A stretch of DNA of 64,000 nt. Origin: Octopus vulgaris (Eukaryota). A model generated the notes under the pieces. The model worked only from the letters and a program-made list of their open reading frames with translations. It was not told the origin of the DNA and ran no database searches. The first letter of the stretch is position 1, and the number at the start of each line of letters is the position of its first letter. The stretch spans positions 74,462,001 through 74,526,000 of the forward strand of contig OX597814.1 of the NCBI GenBank assembly GCA_951406725.2, written 5' to 3'. Below, one piece after another: positions 52,505 through 63,309 of the stretch. The position numbers and the translations under genes are program-made.

Positions 52505-54200
52505 TAGCATTATGACCCGTCGTTGCCGGGTCATAGTGCTAGTGAATGTATATGTGTATATATATGTGTACATATTACATGTACATCTATATATATACAT
52601 CTACACATAAAATACAAAGTTATATCTTGATATCGCTAGTGATAACAATACTCAAAATATATAACAGACTGGAATTGTAGGCCCGTCTCTTGCAATTTCG
52701 ATCAATTGTATCTTGTCCTCCCTCTTGTATAGAAGTGTGGCTACAATCCAGCCTACCTCTACCTCTACCTCTAGGGGGACATTTTAAATTTTTATCCGGG
52801 ACGTCCTTCGTCCCAGATATAAAGGTAAAAATAAAATATTTCCACTTTGCAAGGTTTGAGTCGAGTACTCCCTTGCATGCTCCGTTGACTCGAACCTTGC
52901 TTCTATTGTGGCGAATTTACCGCCTCTTGTTAGATATCTTTCATAGTCGCACCAAGACACTTTTCGATGGTGCTTTCCTCCAGGTGTTCAAATCTTTTTT
53001 TCTCTATATTGTATACTTTATAGACAATAGTCTTTTCTTTAATTTAATTTTTTATTTCGTTTGGTGGTGTTATCCTAGATTCACCGTCTTTGTCGGTGGT
53101 CAATCAATATTTCTTCCATTTTAATTTCAATGAGTTCGCGCCCACCGACGGCTGCAGCGAAATTCATTTTTGGACTTTCTTCTATCGAAGGCATTCTAAC
53201 AAAAATGCTTCCGTGTAAACGGTGAAAATATTGTCAATTTCCCCAAACAGGGACACAATTCAATTTTTAAACAATAACCAAAGCTACTTCTCCCAAAGGG
53301 GGAGGGTTACAGTTTACAATTATTTAACAAATGCAACACAACAATGTTTCCTTTACGAGGAACCAACAAACGTGATAACAATAGTTAAACAGTAATAATA
53401 ATAACAACAAACCTTACGATGAATCAGAAAGCAGTAAGCAGTTGAAGCTTTAGTCCTTTATGTGTAAGAAATAAACCAACAGCAGTATTCTGTAGAGCCG
53501 GCTGTTCGAGAAAACAGATATTGCATACAGCTAAACTTCCTGTAGATACTTAATGCTAGCTAATTAGCAGATAATCTAATGTAAAAGCACAGCTCCATCT
53601 GGACTATTCCATTTCTGCACGCTAATTTTATTTTTAATTTATTCTCATTCATGTGAAACCACTTATTCAAGTTCAAGTCATTGATGCAATTTTATACCAA
53701 TTGCTATTTTTATTTTTATTTTTATGTTACGATTATATTATACTTTAGTTTGATTTTAATTATTACTTACTACATATAATTCAATTGTTATTATTATTTT
53801 ATTGTTAAAGTGAAAGTATCTGACATAAAATAGAGAAATGTTTTTGTTTCACTTTTAACACGTAATACTGAAATAGTGGAGAAGATATGATATTGCTATG
53901 GGCTCGCTCTAGGCAAGAAATTGAACATTTTTTTTGCTCATGAAACTACATGGACCCTAAGTAAGGCACGTGTAAAATTTGAATGAAATTGGTTGTGTAG
54001 TTCTCAAGTTTTAGGGAATCGTAGTTGAGATTCTGTGGGCTCGACCTAGGCAAAAAGTAAAAAAAATTTTTTGCCGATGACACTCCCCGGACCCTAAGTA
54101 AGGCATTTGTAAAATTTGAATGAAATTAGTTGTGTAGTTCTCATGTTTTAGGGAAACACACAGACAGACAGACACACATTCTCAGTTTTATATATATAGA
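52504..54200 (-). mobile_element. Full-length non-autonomous Helitron family B (1.7 kb)
   Basis: 5' TCTATATATATAAAA at 54200; 3' long hairpin CTAGCATTATGACCCG..CGGGTCATAGTGCTAG ending CTAG|T at 52504. Confidence 0.75.
52770..53050 (-). pseudogene. Fragment of ORF1-like gene inside the Helitron
   Basis: EKTIVYKVYNIEKKRFE..IEKCL / LTRGGKFATIEARFES / PLYLGRRTSRIKI aligns by eye to ORFs 59711 and 61537. Confidence 0.75.
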
Positions 54201-54349
54201 GATATATATGGTGAATCCAAACAATGAAGAACAAACATGAAAGCTCTTCTTCAGAAATAGAGAAAAGTCCAAAAGGTGGGAAGACGGAGGAAGAACGAGT
54301 GAGTAAGACAAACGAAAGAAAGGCACTCAACACATTTACTCATTTATAC

Positions 54350-54553
54350 TATAGGCACAATGCCTGAAATTTGAGGGAGGAGTATAGTCGATTTCATCAA
54401 CTCCAGTGCGTAGCTGGTACTTATTTCATCGATCCCGAAAAGATGAAAGGCAAGGTCGACCTCGGCGGAGTTTGAACTCAGAACGTAGCGATGGCCGAAA
54501 TACCGCTAAGCATTTCGTCCAGCGTGCTAACGATTCTGCCAGCTCGCTGCCTT
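54350..54553 (-). mobile_element. tRNA-derived SINE (Meta-like family, TTGTGCC tail)
   Basis: Reverse-complement match to the 16661 head/core and the 17240-17276 tail. Confidence 0.85.
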
Positions 54554-54635
54554 ACTCAACATAATTACTGGGTGTTTCATGTATAGATCAAAACAGTTTG
54601 ATTCAGACTCCTTGATACTCTGAGTTTCAAGCGAG

Positions 54636-54710
<75 letters not shown>

Positions 54711-54823
54711 ACATGCACATATATTGTGCGTGTATATGCATGAATGTATATGTATAAATATGTATATATACATATATAAAAACTTAATATATGTATATAC
54801 ACACACCTTAGCGAACATGCGGA

Positions 54824-54857
<34 letters not shown>

Positions 54858-55321
54858 TGTATGTTGACACATGTTAATTGTAATACTGTTTTTAGAGGTT
54901 TTTGTTTGTTTTATTTTTTATCGCGGAATCTTGAAGCAATCCCATGCTGTTGCACGAAGAAGTTTGCTTCAATGCAACAGATCAATCACTTGGAAAGTTA
55001 AGACTCCATTCCTTAAAGCAAAGACAGGAAAGATAGTAGTAATATAGTTATTGAGAGTGTAGTTTTGTGTTTCGGAGCACTTTTATTTGTTGTTTAATCC
55101 TTGGTCAACTTTGATCAGGTATATCTTTGATCAAACACTTTTTATACGTGACCATCCCATCTTTTTCCCAGGCGCAGTGCGTCAAGAATCATATCATCCC
55201 ATGCGTTTTTCTTCTCCATAATGTAGGTAGTAATTTGAGAGATATCAATTTTATTTGATAAAGATCTAAGAGCCCCCTTCATGAGCTAATATCACTGAGT
55301 AAAAGAACCCAACCAAAGAAG

Positions 55322-55401
55322 TGTATGTATGTATGTATGTATGTATGTATGTATGTATGTATGTATGTATGTATGTATGTATGTATGTATGTATGTATGT
55401 A

Positions 55402-55425
<24 letters not shown>
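55322..55425. repeat. (TATG)n(TG)n microsatellite
   Basis: Direct reading. Confidence 0.95.
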
Positions 55426-55433
<8 letters not shown>

Positions 55434-56226
55434 CATAGATGTATATATGTGTCTGTGTATTTCTTTAGCATTTAAGTCCATGGCAAAATTCAAGCCGGTT
55501 ACTAATAGAGAATAAGTATGCGCGCATCTGTGTGTGTGTTTGTATGCATGCGCGCGCGTGTTTGAGTGTAATCCTTTATCTTTAACTTGCTTCAGATCGT
55601 AAGCTGTGGCCATGCTGGGGGCATAGTCATTGATGGTTTTCTGTACTCTTGCCCTAAATGTTCTTACACTCCTTCCGGCTTGCAGTTTGCATGTATATGT
55701 ATGTGCAGATGTGTGTGTGTATGTATGTTTAATAACGTACCTAACGCGGAAACACATACAGTTAGAGAGACATGCACATTGACACACCAACACATAGAGA
55801 CACGTGACGTCATCGTTGTCGTGGTATAAAATGCCCTTTACTATCTCGTACGTATCGAACGCACGAACACACACATAAAGTGAAAATATATTATAGTTTT
55901 ATTACATTAGAATTAAATTTTATATGAATAAAAGTGAAACAATATTATATCCCAAGGAAGTCAATTTGTAGACAGGAATTACAAACCCCATTTCGGCGTA
56001 TAAAGCTGTAGAAGAAAAGAAGTTGAGTGAAAAAACTTGAGCCATTTTAGGATATCTTTCTCTAACGCATGAACACTCAGTGGCATGGTTGAATTTTCAT
56101 TGGTTAGTAATGAAGGCTTATCGGCTGTATCACAACGGTTTTCGATAAAAATGTAAATAGTGTATTTAAAAAGACGGAGTGCAAAACATTTAAAACAAGT
56201 AATGTTGTAGGGAGAACGTACAACGC

Positions 56227-56267
<41 letters not shown>

Positions 56268-56574
56268 GGGAAGAGAGAGGGAGGGAGGGAGGGAGAGAGA
56301 GAGAGAGTGAGTGAATGGAAGAAACAGACATAGACCGAGTATTGAAGAGGGTGTAAGTGAGAAAGAAAAGAGATAAATAAACAAAGAGAAAAGAGAGAGA
56401 ATCACCTGAAAACTGTAGAAGTCAAAGGGAGAGAATCGGTTGAAAACTGCAGCTTTTACAGAAAATCTCACGTGAAAAGCCTGATCGGTTTCATGCATTA
56501 CGCGGGAGCTCTAGGCAAAATGACCATCCTTGACACATAAGTAATGTGTGTGTAAAATTTGGTACTACACACAC

Positions 56575-56576
56575 AG

Positions 56577-56664
<88 letters not shown>

Positions 56665-56665
56665 A
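56575..56665. repeat. (CA)n microsatellite
   Basis: Direct reading. Confidence 0.95.
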
Positions 56666-56995
56666 TGATTTGTTTTATATATATAGATTACCAAGCGAAT
56701 CAGAGATGAAATCAAAAGTGTGAGCTTGAAGCAGGCCTTTTCTCACACGACGTTCACAAAGGTTTCTAACCGAAAGAACATAATGATAAGCGTTTTTCTC
56801 AAACTTTCATTTCCTATTTCAAAAAATTTCAGACAATGAATGCTCAATAGAAAACCAAAGTCGGTTTACCATCTGATGATTGGAAACGATCAACTCTGAG
56901 TACTGGAAATAGGAGCCTTTCAGTTATAATGTATCAAAGAATACTCTACATTTGCATTGAGTCCTGTAATTTATTGCTTCTGGTGAAATCAACAG

Positions 56996-57037
<42 letters not shown>

Positions 57038-57038
<1 letters not shown>

Positions 57039-57850
57039 GGTGTGCAATGGGTAAATCGTTGCCACTCTATAGTTTTAATTTCGCGCATTCGCATGGTTTG
57101 TTTTGTATTTTGCTGACCATAGTATGGTCAGTTGGGCACTGTCAGTGAGAAAAACAACACCATGAAGCAATTCACTCTGCCAGAAATTTGGAAACGACAT
57201 GCTGTACTACTTGACATTCGCGCACGAAGGTCCAATACGAACATTTCAGAGTGTTTGAGTATCAATCTGAGGACAGTGCAGAGGATTCAGAAAGAGATGG
57301 ATGAGTCTAATGGTGTTTACAAAGGTACGGCAGATCGAAAAACTTACTCATTTTGATAAGAAAAGAACTCCTGAATTTGTTGGTGAGATCCAGACCATGC
57401 TTGACATCGATCCCTCCAAGTCAATCACGGCCATCGCCTGGGACATAGAAGTGTATGAACTTCTTATCAGGCAGGTAGTGCATGAAGAATTTCGGTATAT
57501 TTCATGCAAGATGAGAAAAGGCCAAATTTTATCCCAAGAAATAAAGGTCATGAAGAAAGACCACGCCACGATGCTTTTGAACAAACTCAAGCATCTCCTC
57601 AAACCGAACATGGTTTGGTTTTTCTGCCAAGATCAGATGGTGAACATACAGAACAACCGTTGGCATGCCGTGTCCCCAAACATGTACCGAGAGGGATAAA
57701 AATCAAACATCCAGTCAACATTATGGTGTTTGGAGTGATCACTAGTGATGGCAACATTATACCTCCATTCATCTTCCCACACAGCCTCAGACTCAACACG
57801 GAGACATACATCAAGTGCCTGGAAAAGGAAGTGCTGCCCTGTGTCAATAG
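57038..57850 (+). mobile_element. 3'-truncated maT/DD37D-like transposon
   Basis: Frameshifted transposase: SINLRTVQRIQKE, KRTPEFVGEIQ, QNNRW, KHPVNIMVFGVITSDG..PPFIFP. Confidence 0.8.
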
Positions 57851-57863
57851 GTATGTATATATA

Positions 57864-57929
<66 letters not shown>

Positions 57930-57962
57930 TAAGAAAGTTTGTTTGGTAAAGCACGTGGGTGA

Positions 57963-58919
57963 ATATATAAGAGAATAGTAAAGAGTGAAAAAACGACAGA
58001 AGGCTTAAATGTTAAAAAATATATATATTTGCGTCAAAATGTCTGGAGAATATTGGAAAAATTGTTTTCCTCCTTAAAATGACATAATTTTATAATTTTT
58101 AAAGAAATACCGGTTTCGCAGTTAGCTCTTCAAATTTCTTGTGACTTAATGTTTATTTTTAATAACGTAATCCTTGTATTTTTGCTACGGAGAGTTCTAA
58201 ATAAGGGAAAGTAGTGAGTGATTTCTTCCGGTGTAAGGGCGATAATCGCTTAAAAAAAATTTTTTTCCTTTAGTGTGAATTTCTCTGTATTATTGAGTTC
58301 GGATAGTTGAGTCTGGGTTTGTACTTTTCAATGAAGAATGTTTCCATATGAAGAATGTTTCCACGGGACTATCACTCAGACGTAGATGCACACTGCATCG
58401 ACAACAGATTGCATTCCCAGAATATAGAATGATACCTTTTAGTGAACACATTGAGAAATGCGCAAAGCAACTACAACCACAATTTTTAATCTTTCCATTT
58501 TACCAATGTGCTTTCAGATCATCATCACAAATTAGACTAAATAAGGAAACATTCTTCATTGAAAAGTACAAACCCAGACTCAACTATCCGAACTCAATAA
58601 TACAGAGAAATTCACACTAAAGGAAAAAAAAAATTTTTTAAGCGATTATCGCCCTTACACCGGAAGAAATCACTCACTGCTTTCCCTTATTTAGAACTCT
58701 CCGTAGCAAAAATACAAGGATTACGTTATTAAAAATAAACATTAAGTCACAAGAAATTTGAAGAGCTAACTGTGAAACCGGTATTTCTTTAAAAATTATA
58801 AAATTATGTCATTTTAAGGAGGAAAACAATTTTTCCAATATTCTCCAGACATTTTGACGCAAATATATATATTTTTTAACATTTAAGCCTTCTGTCGTTT
58901 TTTCACTCTTTACTATTCT

Positions 58920-58925
<6 letters not shown>
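57963..58925 (+). mobile_element. 5'-truncated Penelope-like element with inverted terminal repeat
   Basis: Arms 57963-58345 and 58545-58925 are near-perfect inverted repeats; the spacer plus right arm encode a GIY-YIG C-terminus TGLSLRRRCTLHRQQI...RLNKETFFIEKYKPRLN. Confidence 0.85.
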
Positions 58926-58962
<37 letters not shown>

Positions 58963-58963
58963 T

Positions 58964-59033
<70 letters not shown>

Positions 59034-59063
59034 CGTATATATAAATACATACATATACGGATA

Positions 59064-59587
59064 TCTTTATATAAAACTGAGAATGTGTCTGTCTGTGTGT
59101 TTCCCTAAAACTCGAGAACTACACAACCAATTTCATTCAAATTTTACACATGCCTTACTTAGGGTTCATGTAGTTTCATGGACAAAAACATGTTCAACTT
59201 CTTGCCTAGAGCGAGCCCATAGCAATATCATATCTTCTCCACTATTTCAGTATTACGTGTTAAAAGTGAAACAAAAACATTTCTCTATTTTATGTCAGAT
59301 ACTTTCACTTTAACAATAAAAATAATAATAACAATTGGATTATATGTAGTAAGTAATAATTAAAATCAAACTAAAGTATAATATAATCGTAACATAAAAA
59401 TAAAAATAAAAATAGCAATTGGTATAAAATTGCATCAATGACTTGAACTTGAATAAGTGGTTTCACATGAATGAGAATAAATTAAAAGTAAAATTAGCGT
59501 GCAGAAATGGAATAGTCCAGATGGATAATAAAAAATTAAATTAAAGAAAAGACTATTGTCTATAAAGTATACAATGTAGAGGAAAAA
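59064..59587 (+). mobile_element. Helitron family B 5' part, internally deleted and interrupted by the ORF1-only array
   Basis: Reverse-complement match to 54200-53600, then jumps to 53056-53000. Confidence 0.8.
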
Positions 59588-61372
59588 GGGTCGCGTTTTT
59601 TCGGCTCCCGTGTTTTTTTGAGTTAGTTAGTTGGAGTTATTCTGGTGTGTTTATTTCGAGTAAAGAGGTTGTGAGTTCGAGTTCGTTGGAGGACGTGGAA
59701 AAATTTTTTCTTGAAAATGCAAGAGCAGACTTACGCGCGAGCGGCAGGCAGAGGCCTGGTTGCCGGTGAACTGGAAATGGAGGAGGTGATGGTCGAACAG
59801 AAGACTTTACAGAAGTATTTCGACAGTTTAAAGAGGGAGGGTGACTGTGTGATAGTCACACCGTCCGAGGAGGAGGAAAGCAGTGCAGAGAAGCGTACTA
59901 TAACGTACAGGACGTGGTGCGTGGAGTCGAAGAAGATTGAAGTAGCGGAAATGGAAGAAGTGGAAAGGTGTCTGAAGGAAATTGAGGGTGAACCAGCATT
60001 TTTTAAAAGAGGAAGGAAGTATGCCACGGTAGTGGTGTATTTTAAAACAGAAGAGGAGGCAAAAAAGAACGCTACAAGAATTTTGAAATCGGATAAGTGG
60101 ACTTTGCTACCAAGTTACTGCGGAAGGAGAGCAGTGAGGATGAGAATCAATAGAATCTCACCCGAATTTAATATGGAAAGGTTGCTGGCAGCAGTGCTGT
60201 TTAACTGCAAGGATGATGTGGAGGTACTGAAGGTGGAGAAGTCAGCAGAGGTGAAGTGGTGGGGATATACGGTGCAGGTTCTGGCACACATAACCGTGCG
60301 AGACCTGTACAACATCCCGGAGGAGTTGGTCTACCCTGACGAAACACGGCTCCGAGTTGTGGTAGAGGGAAGACCCCCAATTTGCTATAACTGTAAATCG
60401 AGGGGCCACATGAAGGATGTGTGCCCGCGAGAAAAAACAAAAGCACCAGAGGTTGTGATAGAGGAGTGTAAAGAAGCGTGTGTGGAGGAAGCGAAAGCGG
60501 AGGAAACACAAATGGAGGAGCAGTTAAATGAGGAAGAACGAGCAAGTGCAGAAGAGGAAAAAACAGAAGACAAGAAGAGATCAAGGGTGGAATCACCACC
60601 GAAAGATATAAAAAAGAAAAAAATCAAAAGCAAGATAGCAGAAGAGAGAGAAGAGAAAAAAGAACAGGAAGTAAAAGAAAAGGTGAGAGAGCGACCAAGG
60701 ACAGAGTTTGAACAAGAATGGGAGACAAGAGTGAACGAACAATTGGAATCGTGTAAATATGGAAGAAGGCCTACAGGAAAAAACTTGAAGGCAGTTGTGA
60801 TGTATATCAAGAATACAGAAGTGGAAAAGAGACTTGTAGGTAAGAAAGGGTTGGTCAGGGTGAAGGTGAACCCAAAACTGTATGGTGAAGATGTAAAAGG
60901 CGTCATTATAGACAAGGAGACATACACAAAATTAAAAAAGATATATCATGCTATGCATATAATGCATTATGTACGGTATGATAAATTACCAGATGTAATA
61001 GATCAAACGGACCTATTGGATTATATGACGGACGAGTGTCTAATGTAAAAGAATTAGAATTGTTACTTGTAAAATTATTTGATGTAAAGTTGTGTTTTTG
61101 AACAGGAATATATGTAATGTTAACATGTAAAATTGTAAAATTATTGTACTGTGAACTGGAATATATGTAACTGTAAAATTGTATTTTGAACTGGAATATA
61201 TGAAATGTATAATTGTATTTTAAACGGAACTGCGAGTTGGGGGTTCGTAAGCCGTTCCATCTCATTACATATAAATTCATCTTTTACTTCATATTTTATT
61301 TTTACTTTATGTACCCCATGTCCCGTCTTGTAATGTCCCCCTCTTCGTGGCCCCTTGTGGGTAATAAAAAAA
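59588..61372 (+). mobile_element. ORF1-only non-LTR retroelement unit A
   Basis: TCGCGTTTTTT start, single ORF, 3' UTR, tail GCCCCTTGTGGGTAATAAA plus A run. Confidence 0.7.
59717..61048 (+). CDS. L1/Tx1 ORF1-like (gag-like) protein with RRM-like region and CCHC zinc knuckle
   Basis: Open for ~443 aa; TYARAA motif; GRPPICYNCKSRGHMKDVCP (CX2CX4HX4C); E/K-rich linker. Confidence 0.85.
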   Translation: MQEQTYARAAGRGLVAGELEMEEVMVEQKTLQKYFDSLKREGDCVIVTPSEEEESSAEKRTITYRTWCVESKKIEVAEMEEVERCLKEIEGEPAFFKRGRKYATVVVYFKTEEEAKKNATRILKSDKWTLLPSYCGRRAVRMRINRISPEFNMERLLAAVLFNCKDDVEVLKVEKSAEVKWWGYTVQVLAHITVRDLYNIPEELVYPDETRLRVVVEGRPPICYNCKSRGHMKDVCPREKTKAPEVVIEECKEACVEEAKAEETQMEEQLNEEERASAEEEKTEDKKRSRVESPPKDIKKKKIKSKIAEEREEKKEQEVKEKVRERPRTEFEQEWETRVNEQLESCKYGRRPTGKNLKAVVMYIKNTEVEKRLVGKKGLVRVKVNPKLYGEDVKGVIIDKETYTKLKKIYHAMHIMHYVRYDKLPDVIDQTDLLDYMTDECLM

Positions 61373-63106
61373 TCGCGTTTTTTTGCGCTCTGTAAAATTC
61401 GGTAAAAAAGAACAAAAAGCGTTGTTGTTGTTGTGGAAATTCTGAACGGCGTTGACGCGGTTTCGCGTTTCGCTCGTTCAGCGCGTTACACTTTTTCTGT
61501 TTTGGCGGCCGTTTTCGGTCTGTCAGACAGAAGGAGATGGACTATGAGTCTCTAACAGACTTGTCCACGACAGATGAGGAACTGGAACAGGCAATTGCAA
61601 TGAAGCTGATGGAAGAAAAGGCTGGAGTTTTCGAGTCTTTATCAGACTTGTCTACATCTGAGGAGGAGCTAGAAATAGCAGTGAGGAAAATGGATCAGAA
61701 GCTGGGTTATACCTATGCCGGTGTAACCAAGAAGGCGGAAGAGAAAGGGGTCGACATGGCCAAGTTGCCAAGTTACCAGAAATACATGAAAAAGGAAAGC
61801 GGTGAGGTGGAACTATCACCGACACCCAGGAGAAAAGAATGGTATGATAAGAGGACCATTGTTTACAGGGTGTTCGCAAACGAAAGGAAGAGGGTAGAAG
61901 TTGTAACCATGGAATGGATAGAGGAAGCCCTGCGAAGAACTGAGGAGGAAATAAATTTTCTGACTCGAGGATCCAAGTACGGGACCGTAGTTGTGCACTT
62001 TAAAAGTGAATCTGTAGCGAGGAAGATGGCAGCGAAGGCGGTGAAGTCGGAAAAGGTAACACTGTTACCTACGTATTTAAACAGGAGGATTACACGAATA
62101 AGGGTGGAGGGAGTGCCACCAAACGTGGAGGCAGAATGGATTGTGGCGGCTGTGATCAGCGGCCACGAGGACGAAGTGGATATTCTCCATGCCTCGGTTA
62201 AGTCCGAGGGCTGGAGAGGCGTAACAGTGGAGCTGAACGTACAGGCAGAGACCGAGGTACTGGTGGACCTGACGGAAAGCATCAGACTGGGAGAAGTGAT
62301 CATGAGAGTGTGGGTGGAGGGCAGGGCTCCACGTTGTTACAAGTGTGGCCTGAGGGGTCACATAAGAGCCTTCTGCCCTCCCCCAGGGAAAGAAATGGAT
62401 CCCGAACCAGAGAGAGAGAAGCAGAAACCAGAGGAGAAGGAAACAGAGGAAGAGAATACACAGAAATGGAAGGAAGCTGGAAGTAAGAGGAAGAGAAGAA
62501 TATGTGGAAAAAAAGAAAATAATATGGAACTCCAATCTACCCCAAAACCTCCCACACCCTCTGAGTCCCACCCTATCCATGCAGACATTGAACCCACCCG
62601 CTCCCCCCAACAAGAAAACAAAAGAAAAAAAGAATACACACACACAAGAGATTGAAATCGAACCCAGGCCGTACATTTGTACTATGACTGAACAGAGGGA
62701 AGTTAAAAGTCTAATGGAAGAGTATAAACGGTATGATGTTGGAGAGACTAGGTATGCTGTGATTGAAAAAAAGAACATAGGTGAGTTTATGGGGAGGTGT
62801 GAAAGGGAGAATTGGGAGGTGAAAGATATAAGAATGAGCGATGAATTCGTGGAAAATATGAATGAGTATTTCGGAGTAAGAATGGATATGGAATTTATTC
62901 GTATTGGCAAAGAACATTCAAGTGACTATGAAAAACAAAGGACAGGTAAGTGATGCTGACGGACGGGGCCGTTGGTATCGCTTTCATTTTATCATTTTTT
63001 TCGTTTAACACTTCATGTTCATATAGTTTAATTATAATGTTCTATGTCCCCATGTTTTGTGATGTCCGGCACTCTTCGTAGCCCCTTAGTGGGTAATAAA
63101 GAAATA
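61373..63106 (+). mobile_element. ORF1-only non-LTR retroelement unit B1
   Basis: TCGCGTTTTTTT start, CpG-rich 5' UTR, ORF, tail GCCCCTTAGTGGGTAATAAAGAAATA. Confidence 0.7.
61537..62953 (+). CDS. Paralogous ORF1-like CCHC protein (61537-62655, probably continuing via a frameshift to 62953)
   Basis: KRTIVYR, LTRGSKYGTVVVHFK, LLPTYLNRR, GRAPRCYKCGLRGHIRAFCP; overlapping ORF 62504-62953 supplies a plausible C-terminus. Confidence 0.8.
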
Positions 63107-63309
63107 CGTATTGGCAAAGAACATTCAAGTGACTATGAAAAACAAAGGACAGGTAAGTGATGCTGACGGACGGGGCCGTTGGTATCGCTTTCATTTTATC
63201 ATTTTTTTTCGTTTAACAATACATGTTCATAAAGTTTAATTATAATGTTCTATGTCCCCATGTCTTTTGTTGTCCCCCTCTGTGTCGCCCCTTAGTGGGT
63301 AATAAAAAA
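63107..63309 (+). repeat. Second copy of the unit B 3' end (5'-truncated unit)
   Basis: Repeats 62900-63106 with a diverged tail. Confidence 0.85.

Noticed and set aside
60201-62910. Antisense ORFs 60385-60927, 61863-62303 and 62077-62910
   Set aside because: Ser/Phe/Leu-rich shadows of the purine-rich plus-strand ORFs
59717-62953. Calling the zinc-knuckle ORFs host ZCCHC3-like genes or LTR gag
   Set aside because: No LTR, PBS or PPT; SINE-shared tail, A-run ends, a truncated copy and spacer-free tandem fit retroposed units better, so no gene symbol was assigned
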